In this document: piece by piece, positions 36,483 to 48,325 of the stretch
Numbering within the stretch: the stretch's first letter is position 1
Layout: the number at the start of each line of letters is the position of its first letter
NCBI GenBank assembly: GCA_013239625.1
Contig: MU053934.1
Span: 11,937,413-12,001,412, forward strand
Length of the DNA: 64,000 nt
DNA from: Lama guanicoe
Lineage: Eukaryota
Direction: 5' to 3'
Made by a program: the position numbers and the translations under genes
The notes under the pieces: model-generated
Databases searched by the model: none
What the model saw: only the letters and a program-made list of their open reading frames with translations
Told to the model about the DNA's origin: nothing

Positions 36483-39400
36483 CTGAAAAAATTATAAATA
36501 AAGTGATTTTTGAAAACTGATAATTATAAAATCTATTATAAAACTTACTATAAATGTGACGTCCACCAAAATACTTATTCAGTTAAGGAAACAAAGCATC
36601 ACACATAACTGTCTGCAGGCAGTGGGCCCGGGCCGCTGGGCGGCACTGTGCGCCGCCCTAGCACTGAAGACCCAGGCGCCTGGCGCCCACGTGCATAAAG
36701 CTACTGTTCGCAAACAACCCTGAAGACTGCTTCACTGGTGCCGACGCTAAGTACATCATTCGCGTTCATGACAATTCTGCAATCAACAATTCACTTACCT
36801 TGTGGAAGAAAAATACTTCCCGTAACTAAGGGGTCTAAGCGGGCATTCCCACAGTCCTGACCTGGGCCATGAGGTTAGCAAACAGAAGGAAACAAGCACG
36901 TAAGTCTGATTTCTGACCCGGGTATTCTAAATCGTGTCAAAAACCAGGCAGTGGTGGTGGGCGGGGAGGAAAGTGGGAACCCCCACCGGGCTCTCCAGTG
37001 CGCCACCCTGTGCCACGCCCTGAATCGCTGCAAGTCCTTTAACTCTGACTTTGAAGATAGAAATACAATCTTTGGGAAAAGAGTATTTTAACCTGTTAAG
37101 AAAGGCTTGTGAAAATTACACCAAAACGAGAAGCCTGAAAGCCAGAGCGCCCGCCCCGGGAGGCCCGTCAGCGGGAGGAGCCCGCAGAGCGGAGAGGGCG
37201 GCGGGGAAGGCACCCGTCCGGGCCAGCCTGGGGTTTCTCTCCAAGCTAGACTGACTCTGGCTGCGGGACATGTGACACAAAGCATGGACAAGGAGGATTA
37301 TGCATCACCACAAAGTACAGTTTTCACTTTATGACACCTGCAGACTTCCCCAGAACCATTCAAGATATATAAGGTTAAGATCTGAAATCCAAAGTCATTT
37401 TGAAAACGAAACGCTATACAACTCCCAAGGTTCGCTTCTGTCTGCAAGCAAATGTTTCGAGAATTCTCCCAGCTTATCGTGAGGAGAACCAGGCCAGGCT
37501 CAGACCCCGGGAGTGCTCCACGGGCAGCTGGCTCGGCCCGAGGTGCCTCTGCTTCCCAAGGCCCCACGGAGCTGGTGACAGCGTGTGACAGGGCCCGAAC
37601 CCCCAGGGAGAGCCTTTCCTGGACAAAAAGCTCCTAGAAAAGTCCATTCAGACTGGAGCATGCAACCCAACGGTGGAAACACGGAGGTGAACCCTGCAGA
37701 TGCTCCCACCTGCCCTTCAGTCCCCCAGGCACTGGCCAGACGGAAACCAGGGCCTGTTCCTGACAGCAAACTCCCGTGGGCATCTCCCCAGCCAGCCACC
37801 GTGCACCTGGCGTCTGGGAAGCACAGGCTGGCCCCCTACCCAGAGGGCCGGTATCTGCCTCAGACTAGAGCCTGAGAGCCCCACAGCCCCTGCGCCCACC
37901 TCCCTCCCCCGGACAGCCACCAAGCACCCGCCCCAGCCACGCACAGAAGCCCCCAGACCCGGGCCCTCCCTCCCCCACATCCCCCCCAGCTCGGCCGCGC
38001 ACTGAGGCCTCCCGACCCTCCTCCCACCCAAAGCGACCTGCGGCTTCGGGCCTGCCCCCACCCCTGGCCTGTGGCCTCACAGAGGTCTCTCCGAGAAGGA
38101 AGGCCAGGAGGGCGAAGCCTGGGCTCGAGACGTCTCACTGCAAAGTCACACACACGCATAAGGATTCTTTTAAAGACACAGACTGTCGACAACTACACGT
38201 TACTTCAATGCTCATAAAAGATACTCAATTAACCTCTGAACTCTATGCGATTTGAACGCAGAGCCTGTAAAACAGCATCTGAAACTCCACGCGCTGAGTG
38301 GAACTCATCACACATGCAGAAGAGAAAACGGCGCCACCCTCTGGGGCCCGACCCGACGCAGCTCCTGCAGGAAGCTAACACGGCCCCTCTCCCACCCGCC
38401 GCACACCTGGTCGCCAACCCAGCACTTCCACACCGAAGTCACAGAAAGCCCGGGGACTCGGGGTGCCGCCCGCCTGGACCACAACCCTGGGTCCCACCGG
38501 CCGCAAGCCCCAGCTGCCCTGAGCCTTCAAGGAAGGAGGAAGGGCCAGTCCTGAAACAGCAAAGACAGCTCAGAGCACCACCGAAAACCCGGCCACTGGA
38601 GGGCCCCTCACGGCCACGCTGTCCTCCCCACTCTGCACTCAGCGGGTCGCCGGAAACTAAACTTGGCGTGAAAGAGAAGACCAAGGCCCCCAAGAGCTGC
38701 CACCGCGGGTGCGCCTCCACCCCGCCGGCCCCGACCCCACCCGTCACCTCCTGGGAAGCTTCCAGTGGGAGCCTCGGGAACGCTGAATTACAGCCCAGAC
38801 GGCGCGTCTGAGGGCAAGGGGCCAGCAGTCTCTGGGCTGCGGCGGTAGCACCGAGGCCCTGAGTGCCGTCTTCCAGAGGAGTCCCGTTTCTGTGCCGTGA
38901 GGGCGATGAGGCCCCGTTCCTACAAGAGCTCGCATGGCTGCGCTGGGCCTTCTTCACCAGTGCTGCCAGCAGACAGCAACCTCCCCCACCCACAGCTCTG
39001 GCAGCCACAGGTAAACGCCCCTCCCACACGCTCAGCGCTTCTACCAGGGAGTCCAGGCCGCCTCTGATCGCAAGTCCACCTGCGTGCGCGGGGGCCCGCC
39101 CAGCAAGTGAGACCAGACAAGCCGCTCTGGGGATGCTGAGTCAGCCAGTTGGCAAGTTCTTCCCTCAGCGCACTCTCTTCTCAAGAGAAGAGAGACATCC
39201 CTCAACCAGAGCACAGCTCAGGCAGCAGGAGGGGACCCAGAGTGGCCCACACCCAGGCCCTGTGGTGTCCGACCCCCGGGGGCACAGAAAGGGGCCCCGC
39301 CCAGAACCCCACGGAGGCCTGGCTTTGTGTCAAGGGTCCTGCGAGCAAGTGCTGCTCAGAACCACACCCGAGGGCAGGGATGGCGCCTGTGGGCCACGAG

Positions 39401-40422
39401 GCTCCTCGGGGCTCCCCGGTCACCCAGAAGGGGAGCCCCGAGCCTCCGCTCACACCGCAGTCGCCTGAACAGAAGGAGCGGGAGGAGGGAAAGGCCGCAC
39501 GAAGACCCTCCACCGTGCACACGGGGCCGCTTTCTGAGCCCAGGAGAAGCCCAGGGCTCCAGGCCGCCCCCGCCACTGCCTCACGGTCCCCCACGTGGAA
39601 TCACACCTGGTCGCCGCCAGGACACGGCAGGGGCACGAGGCTGACTGCCCACCGCAGACTCCGCTTTTTTTCAAAAGGCAGACTGTAGAACAACCCTTTG
39701 TCCTGCTTTGATATTTGTTACTCTTAGTTGGACGAGCTGGGAAAAACCCAGGAAGGTCCTAAACCAACTGCTGCCAGCTGTGGGGGATGGAGTCTCACTC
39801 CACCTTCTACTCTGTGCAGCTGAAACGTGCTGATTCTCAAGTCAGAGAAGGAAGGAAGCAGGGGAAGGACTTCCCACCCCATCCTACAGCTTAGCTTCCC
39901 CGTGGCCCACCGCCCGGGCCCTTGCTGAACTGGCGTCCACGTTGGGCCCCGCAGCTCCCCGCCCGGGGCCGCGGTTCCCGCCCACCAGCAAGCGGGACGT
40001 CCCAGGCCGAGGCCCGGCCACCACCAGCCCGAGCCCCTCGCCCGCTCCGCGGCACATCACAGGGAGCCTGGAAGCGAGGGGGGTCCAAACAGCCCCTCCG
40101 CCAGACAGCCCCAGCCACCCAGTGGTGGCCACACAACCCCCTCCCCGTCCTGGCCCCGGAGCAGCCGCCTCCCGCCACACCGGCCACCTCTCCCCCTCCT
40201 CCCTCAGGGGGCTGTGTGAGATCTGAGCCATGCTTCTCAGTGTCTCAGAAGCAAGGTGAGGACAACAGCCCGTTCCTCGCCCTAAACTTTCTCAGGCGCC
40301 AGGATGCGGCACAGCGGCACCAAGGGTTCCATCTCTTGCTCTGAGGTTTCCAGGCACCAAGTCAGAGGTGCCTCCCAGCTCACAGTGAGGGCGGCCCTGG
40401 CCCGAGACCCCAGTGTGCTTAC

Positions 40423-40683
40423 CTTCCTCCCCCGTCTCCTGCCCCAGCTGAGCACCGTCCTCTTCCAAGCGGCCAGTACCTGACTCAGCGGGCGGGGGCT
40501 GGCTATGCTGCTGGCTCAGCTTGTGTCGAAGGAGAGCAATTTCTTTCTTGAGCAGCTTGGCCCGCTTGCTCCGCGACCCACTGGACTTCATGGAGCATGT
40601 GAGGTCCAGTGTGTCCAGCAGCTCCCTCAGCTGCTCCTCCAGGACCATGTGGGCCCTGTTGGCCGGGTTCAGCAACCTGTCCA
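40423..40683 (-). CDS. BRD1: BRD1 exon 7 (261 nt)
   Basis: (V)DRLLNPANRAHMVLEEQLRELLDTLDLTCSMKSSGSRSKRAKLLKKEIALLRHKLSQQ...GEE; ggcttcag|TG and AAG|gtaagc. Confidence 0.95.
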
Positions 40684-42287
40684 CTGAAGCCAAAGGACGC
40701 ACGGTCAGTCCTCAGCACCAGTGCCACCTTCTAAGACAGCCTTGCCGGCATAGTGGGACAGCCCCAACCCCCCACCGTGCTCTGAACCCAGGGCCTGTGG
40801 CCACAGGAGACGTGTGCCTCACACCGTGGGTGTCACAATGCTCCTGAGGAAAGCGTTTGAGTCCACGGCCGGCCAGGCCATGGGGCCACACTGCATGGAA
40901 GCAGGGACAGCACCCAGGGACACCACCCGCTCTGGGCACACAACCAGGCCAAGCCTTCCTGCCAAGACTGGCGGCCTGTGCCTAGTGAAGGTACAAGGTA
41001 GAGCCCAAGGGAGGCGTGGACCTCCCAGAGGCACCAGCTTGGGCGTCTGTACGTCACACCTGGTGTCTGAGCCCCGGTCCGAGGCCCAGGCTGCTAGGGG
41101 CACTTTTTGAAAACTGGGCTGAAAAATCACCGATAATTCGGAATCTCAGGTGTATTTACTACTACAAAAATCACTAGCAATTTCAATTGAAGCCAAACAC
41201 CTAAACACACAAAGCATAGGTTACCTAGAACCTGTGAGAAGTGGTTAAGAACCAAAGCCGGTCTACGGCGCCCACTGACCATCAAAGTGTGAGCAGGGAG
41301 CGGTGAGGGGGCCGAAACGGCAGCATGGCGTCCGGGCCAGGGACCCGCCTCCCTCCACGGACACACCTTTCACCAGAGCACCGGTCTTGTGTGCGAAGGA
41401 GACAAGACAGCAGTACAGGGGAAGATACTAAGAACGCAGATAACGACCTCGAAAGCCTTGTCATCTGAAGCCCCAGAGGGACCCTTCCTAACGGCTGGCC
41501 TGCCCCTCAGCACAGCAGGATGAACCAGGAGAAACACGTGGTCACGGGCTCGCCTGCGTCCCCACCCAGGTGCGGAGGAAGAAGGGAATCTGGACCCTCA
41601 CTCCTAGCCCTCCCCTGAGCCAACACCTGGGTGAGAAGTTCACACAGGCAACACACATCTTCCGAAGGCCCCTGCCTGCCCAGGGAGGTCCGCGGTGCCC
41701 AGAGAGGGGCAGCCAGGGCGGGGCAGCCAGTTTCCCAAGAACCAGAACAAGCGAGCAGGCCGCTGAGATGCACCGGGCGCCCGTCCCGAGACCGCCTCTG
41801 CCACCGAGCAAGCACAGAGTGAAGGTCAGGGGTCCAGGAGGACCAGGCTTGCTTCCTGTCCACCCCCAACAGCAGCAGCCTCCCTCTGGCCACAGAGCCT
41901 CCTGAGAAGTCCGTCAGGGCCCACTGGACACACTGCCCTGACCACACTGCCTCCCAGTCTGTCTCGGGTAGACCGGGCTGCCCCCTCGGGGCCCCTGGCC
42001 GCACATCTTGAGTGGGCACCCGAAATGTGGCTGCTCTGAACAGAGATGTGCTGAGTATGAAACGTACACCACGTGGCAGAGAGAAAATTAACACCGGTGA
42101 ATAACACCTTCAGTAATTTTTACATGGATCACAAGCTAAAGTCACACCGCCTGGATTTACGAAGTTGAAGACGTTCAACCTCGCCGGTCTCTCTCCTTCC
42201 CGAGGCCAGCAGGGGCATCAAGTCGGCACGTGGCCCCTGTGCTCCCTCTCCCAGACAAGCCCTCGCGGAGTCTGCGGCCACACTCAC

Positions 42288-42600
42288 CCTCATCCCAGGA
42301 GAAAGGCCGCCGGGGGGCTGCAGCAGGCCGCTCAGGAAGGTGCGTCCCCGAGGCCTCCTCGAAGCCAACGCTGTCCACCTGGCGCCTGGCCTGCCTGAGC
42401 ACCACGCCGCCCTGGTCCCGCAGCCGCACAGCGGCCCGGTAGAACACTGTGTCCTTGGCGTTGTACTTCATGCAGTTGTCCACGATGAGATCAAAGTCCT
42501 CCTCCAGCTCCCGCAGGGTCCCGTACCCCTGTGCCTCCAGCCGCTTCCTCATTGTGGCGAAGTCCATGGGGCGTTCAATGTGGTCCAGGTAGTCTGGCAC
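42288..42600 (-). CDS. BRD1: BRD1 exon 6 (313 nt), bromodomain core
   Basis: [21 protein letters not shown]...[17 protein letters not shown]... contains the conserved PDY, PMD and YN motifs; gcccag|GTG and AGG|gtgagt. Confidence 0.97.
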
Positions 42601-42656
42601 CTGGGCTCAGGGAGGAGATGCTCACTTGCAGACAAGCCAGGGTTCACTCCCTCTGT

Positions 42657-42770
42657 ACAGCCAGCACGCCTGCTGTCTAGGGGCCGCACGCGCACACACG
42701 CATCCCAACTCCCCCTGCACAGCCAGCACGCCTGCTGTCTAAGGGCCACGCGCGCACACACGCACCCCAC
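42657..42770. repeat. 62-bp-period tandem duplication in BRD1 intron 5
   Basis: acagccagcacgcctgctgtcta...gggcc...cgcacacacgca occurs at 42657 and 42719. Confidence 0.9.
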
Positions 42771-43004
42771 CCAGTGCCAGGCGGCAGCGCTGAGACACTC
42801 CAAACTGAGTCCCTCTACGGACCCTCCCGGGACTCAAGGCCCCCAGTTAAAAACGCAGGGCCTGGTCGGGGCACGGACACCCGGAAGAGCTTTTTCCTAG
42901 GCAGGCACATTCGCCTAGTGTATCTCCCGTGTTCTACAGCAAAGCGTCACTTTCGTGATCGCAGACTCAAGGCAGGATGAGGGACCCGGGAGCAGCAGAC
43001 CCAC

Positions 43005-43133
43005 CTCCTTCAGGCTCACAGGCTGGGCGAATATCCGGGCAGGGTCCTTCTCCTGCAGCTGGTCCAGCACAGAGCGCAGCAGCACCGTAAGCGGGGTCAG
43101 CCGCAGCTCCAGGGCCATCTGCTCCACCTTCAC
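43005..43133 (-). CDS. BRD1: BRD1 exon 5 (129 nt), start of bromodomain
   Basis: [43 protein letters not shown]; ccccag|GTG and GAG|gtgggt. Confidence 0.96.
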
Positions 43134-43524
43134 CTGGGGGCCGGCACATGGGTCTCAGCACCCTAGGCCACCCTCCCTCTGAGAAGCTACCTTCTGTTTG
43201 AGTGCTCAGGGCCACCCAGGCGGATCAGAGTGCCCACTTCAAAGGCCACAAGCACAAAGTGGTCCGAGTTCACACAGCACACGCACCCCCTTTCCCACCC
43301 ACTGCCTCCCAGGACACCGTGCCAGACACCACACTGCCCCCACCCTAACCAACCTCCTTCACTACAGGGGTCAGGGTCCCCTCCACAAAGCCGCGTGCGT
43401 CTGGGCCGGGGGTCACCCGGCCTGCACTCCTCACGAGGACTTGAAGGAAGCAGGGGGCCAGAACCGATGCCCCTAGGACACAGCTCCACCTCCCCTCCCC
43501 AATCCCAGCAGCCCTCCCCAGCCC

Positions 43525-43645
43525 NNNNNNNNNNNNNNNNNNNNNNNNNNNNNNNNNNNNNNNNNNNNNNNNNNNNNNNNNNNNNNNNNNNNNNNNNNNN
43601 NNNNNNNNNNNNNNNNNNNNNNNNNNNNNNNNNNNNNNNNNNNNN
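43525..43645. other. Assembly gap (121 N) in BRD1 intron 4
   Basis: Run of N flanked by C-rich sequence. Confidence 1.
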
Positions 43646-43675
43646 CCCCGCCCCTCCGACCCCGCCCCGCCGCAC

Positions 43676-43807
43676 CTGCTCCCGCTTGAGCTTCTCGCGC
43701 TTGCGCAGGAGCTCGATGAGCAGGCGCGCGCGCTCCAGGTCGTGCCGCAGCCGCTGCCAGTACTTGAGCTTCTCCTTGGCGGCTTGGATCTCCTCGTCGT
43801 TCTCCCT
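43676..43807 (-). CDS. BRD1: BRD1 exon 4 (132 nt)
   Basis: [44 protein letters not shown]; tttttctcag|AGG and CAG|gtgcgg. Confidence 0.96.
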
Positions 43808-46800
43808 CTGAGAAAAAGAATGGGAGTCGGCCTTGCACCCTTCACAGGCCGCAAGGACGGGCCGGCAGAGGCCAAAGGCACAGGGCTCGACGGGCACGGG
43901 CACTCAGGCCGCGCGGCTCAGCCCCACGGGCGCGCGGCCGGCCCAGGGAGGGCCGGGGACCAGGGTCCATGGATAGGGCACTCTGACAGCACCGGGCAGC
44001 GTGCAGTCCAGGTGGGACGACCAGGGGCCTCCCATGGCGCGCTCTGCCCTGCGGGGCCGCCTGACTTGCATCTCCTACCTCGCTGCCCCAGGCACGTCCT
44101 CACCCCCTTTCTGACCCCAGGCTCTGCGCGGACCTGTGGTCCTCAGCACGCTTGTCCCAGGCGGCCACCGTCCACTCATGGCTGCTGTCTGTCCCCAGCT
44201 CCGGAGCCCACTTCTACTCGCCTGCAGCCAAAACCACCCGATGCCAGGAAGCCCACATGCCCGACCACAGCTCCCAGGGAGGGGAGTGGGGGGCACAGAC
44301 GCAGGAAGGAGCAGTCAGGGCTCCCCTGCTTCCTCCCCAAAACAGCCCAAGACGCTCAAATCTGTCCCTGTCAAGGCTTCAGGCCGGTACTGAGGGCCCT
44401 CCTCATCCCAGCAGCCGCCGACCCAACCTCACGTGCCATCTCCTGGACGTAAGAGCGGCTCTGCTTCCCCGCTGCTGGGGACACACATGCACCTACAGCC
44501 TTGGCTGAGTCCCTGCCCAGCATCCGTTTCCAGAACATGCTCCACGACTCTCAGACACTGTTCTCTCTGCCCGCCCCTGCTGGACAGAGCTGAGCAGCTC
44601 AGCCACCCGGCAGGGTCCCCTCCCCAGCGCTCACCCCAGTCTGAACCCAGGCAGCAGGCAGCTCTCTGCCCAGAGGGTGGGAACCGTGCGGATGGGCCCT
44701 GAGGCCATCCACAGCGGACCCTGCTTCCTCGGATCTCAGAGCCTGAAGACGCAGGGCTGGTGGGAGAGCTGCCAGGCATCTTCAGCTCCAGGCGGGGAGG
44801 TGCAGCAGAGGCACGGCAGGCCAGGCATGGGGCCAAGGGTGGGCCGGAGTCTCCTCTCCACCAGGCATCCTCTGGTGCAGCCTCAGCGTCCACAGACTGG
44901 AATCACCCGGCTAATTTTCATGTTGCTTGAAATCCTCAGGCACTAAACAGGGCTTTACATAACTGTGTAAACAGGCCCAGCTAGCGCACTGAGAGGCTCA
45001 GAAACCAAACTCCCCAAGAGTGTCTGAACATCACCTCGCCCGTCAGTGTGAAATAAGACACTGAAACATCGGCTAAGAGGCTGTAGACGCTGCTGAGCAG
45101 GAGGAGGCAAAAAAAAAAGCAGACAAGCACCTCTGAGCCCTGGGCGGCCGGGTGCTGCCGGTGCTCACTGCCCTGGCTGGGAAACCGGGGGCTGCGGGGG
45201 GCTGACCTCCCCGCACACGGCAGCTCGCTGCCAGGACCTGACTGGACTCACACCTCTTCTGCACAAAAGGGCCTGAGTTCCTGACTCTGCTTACAAGAGA
45301 CCTTTGTTTCCAACATAAAACCAATCCCAAAAGTTTCCATAAAGTGGGAGAGTAACCCAGTTATTTGCTGTACCAAAAAGCTACCAGGAAAGAGGGTCTA
45401 GAAGACTGTTTGCAATCAAATCAATGTCCACCCAACGAATGAGAAAAGGCCGCCTACTGCCTGGAAGGGAGAGGGCCAGACCCCGCCCATGGTCAGGACC
45501 AGCTTGGTCCGGGGGCACAGGGCAGACCAGCTCTGCAGGGTGGTGGCCCCAGCAGGTTCACCTGACTCCCAGGACACTACTGAGGGTGTAAGACCCCAGG
45601 ACAGCTGCCCCAGCCCTTGGATGCTGCTGATCCCAGCAGCAGCAGACTGGACGGTGAGGCAGGACTGTCCGGGCATAGCAGGACAACCATGTCAACCTCA
45701 CGCCACCAGAGAGCTGACGGAGACACCCCTGCATCAGGGAGAAGCACAGGGCGTGCTCACTCAAGCAGGTCAGGACAGACGGATGGGACCCACCTGCCCT
45801 ACCCCAGCTGGCTCTGAAGAGGGCCAGTGGAGGCCCCCAAGAAGGGGCTGCACGTCCACTGAGCCAGGACCTGCAGGGACCCACGCTTGAGGTCAAAACA
45901 AGCCCCAGTGGACTCCAGACAGACCACAGCCACAGAGGCAAAGGTGCCTCGTCTGCCCTCAGACCAGCTCGGCCAGTCTGTCGGTCTGTCTGTCCCCCAT
46001 GGGAGGAAGGGGCCGCACCTGCCCTCTTCTGGGGCCAAGCTCAGGGCAAGAGCCCCTTTAAACACAAACGAGCCCTTTAAACTCCAGCATCAAGGACTTT
46101 CAAAGTTTGACAAGACCTCAGAATCACCCCATGACTGAGACATCCAGGTGGAACATGAATGTCTCAGATGCCCCCCAGGAAGTCACCATCCGCCAGGGAG
46201 AGGTGGGAACACTGCTGGGCGCCCCACTCCCACCCCTCCATAAGGCGGAGCTCACTCCCAAGGTGGGTGGCAGCCCCACAGTGAGCTTCCAGCCGGAGTC
46301 AGGTTCTCTCTTGATCAGGCCCAGGCACAGTTCAGGGATCAGTGAAGTCACAGGGACCCATACCTGCGTGGCTCCTCCCAACCCCTCCTGCCAGGACAGC
46401 TACTTCCCTCTCCCTGGTGTCCTGTGAGTGAATTTGTTCGAGAAACTTATCTCCCCTGGGGCAGGATGTGAATCGGAAGCACCTGGTCTCAAGTCCACAT
46501 GTCAGCCTCCTGAGGGCTCCTGTTCTCCCAGGAGCGGCCCCCAGCCCTCCTGAGGTGCCAGCAAGCCTCTCACATGCCCGTGGCCCCCAACCCCCCAGCT
46601 TCTCTGTCCTCAAACCCATCCAAGTCCCACGCACAGACCACACAGGCTCCAAGCTCAGACGCTGAGCTGAGCCCCCAGCCCCGCGGCTGGTCCCTGCCCG
46701 GCCCCCTGTGTGCGCGGACGGCCCTCCAGCCCCGAGAGGATTCTCTGCCATCACTGGAGCGATGACGAAGGCCCTGACCTGCCTCACTGCCCCGATCCTC

Positions 46801-48168
46801 TGACGCCCACTGCTGCGCCCACCACCCTCTCCTGCCCCAGAGGTCTCGCAGGCTCTGGCCCAGCCCCCACCCCTCCCCTCCCAGGTCCCCCGAGACCCGG
46901 CCCAGGTGAGCCAGGCCACCCTCAGTCCCCACGACTCCAGCTGTGCGGCATCCTGGACACCCCCCCACCCTGCAGTCAGCCCTCCCAGCCCACAGGCACG
47001 AGTCCTGACTTGGCCCTGACGGGAGGAAGGGCAGGAACATGTGGTATGTCAGTGAAGGACGGAAGGTTTAGGACAGGGGCCAGGGGCCACCCACAGCCCC
47101 CAGGTCAGCAGCAGGACATGACACAGGGGTGTGTCCAAAGCTGTCAGCTGTCCCCATGCTGGAGGGCGCGGTGGTCAGGTGCCGGGCAGCCGAGCACTCA
47201 CAGGCCAGCAGTGCCTCAGGATGCCTGGCCGCATCCACCACACATCCAGCGTGGCCGCACCCTTGGGTTAAGGGAGACCCTTCAGTGTGCAGCGCGGGGA
47301 CACCAGGGCTGAGGACCCTCACAGCTTCCCGGAGTCATGCCCCAACCGAGAGCACAGCGGAAGGGGTGACTCCTCACCAGGGAGCCCCTGGGAACACTAG
47401 GGACCTGCTGGGTCCAGAGAGCCCTCGGTCTCCAACCCACAAGCACAGCGGCCCCCAGACCCACTCAGCCACCGCCACGCAGGATGCAAAGGAGCAGAGC
47501 AGCTGACCTTCCAGACGCAGGTGCGGCAGCCGCAGGACAACCCAACTGGAGCTGGGCAGGCGTGAGCCAGGGGAGAGGAGGGCGCCACCCTGCACCAGTC
47601 CGCCCAGCAGGCCCGCGCAGGGCAGGAGGCCAAGCCTGGAGGCCCCTCAGCAGGAAGGGAGATGCCGCCAGGGGCCTGGGGCAAAGGTCAGAAGAACCCT
47701 CTGTTCCTTTTCCCTCCGTGGCGTCTTACAGAGCCCGTCTTGTCCTAAGTCCGTGCTTTGGGACCTGCTCTACAGCATCAGGTGGTTCTGTAAACCCAAA
47801 GTGGCTACTGAAGTGTGAGATCGCGTCTGGTTCTGCTCTTTCAAGAAACAAAACTCCGGTTTCCTCTCACTCGTGGTGGCCCCTGTCTCCTCCAGCATGG
47901 GGCCCTCGAGGTGACTCCCTCAGGGATGCGTGGCCCACGTCCCTGGCCGGGCCTCACCTCCTGCTGCTCTGCCCCCGGCAAGGACATCCTGCCTCCAACG
48001 GGCAGAGTCGGGGAGGGAGGCAGAACTCAAAGCACAGGAACACCCGTGACACGGACAGGCCTGACGCTGGCACACGGTCCTCTGTGCTTCCAGGACCGGC
48101 CGAGACCGGGGCTGGGAGTCACCACGCACCCGGCGCCAGCAGGGCGGGGAGCCGGGCGGGCCACGTAC

Positions 48169-48325
48169 CTGCTGGCTGCTCCTGTGGGACTGCAGGCTGG
48201 ACTGGAGTCTCCGCAGCAGTGGGGCGCCGTTCCTAGACAGCCTTTTGAGGAGCCAGTAGCTGTGCGCTCGCTCAACAAACTGCTTCTTCCGCTGAATCGC
48301 CACCTGATTCGCAATCCTATTTAAT
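48169..48325 (-). CDS. BRD1: BRD1 exon 3 (157 nt)
   Basis: (R)[52 protein letters not shown]; ttctag|A acceptor and CAG|gtacgt donor; phase matches exon 2. Confidence 0.96.
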
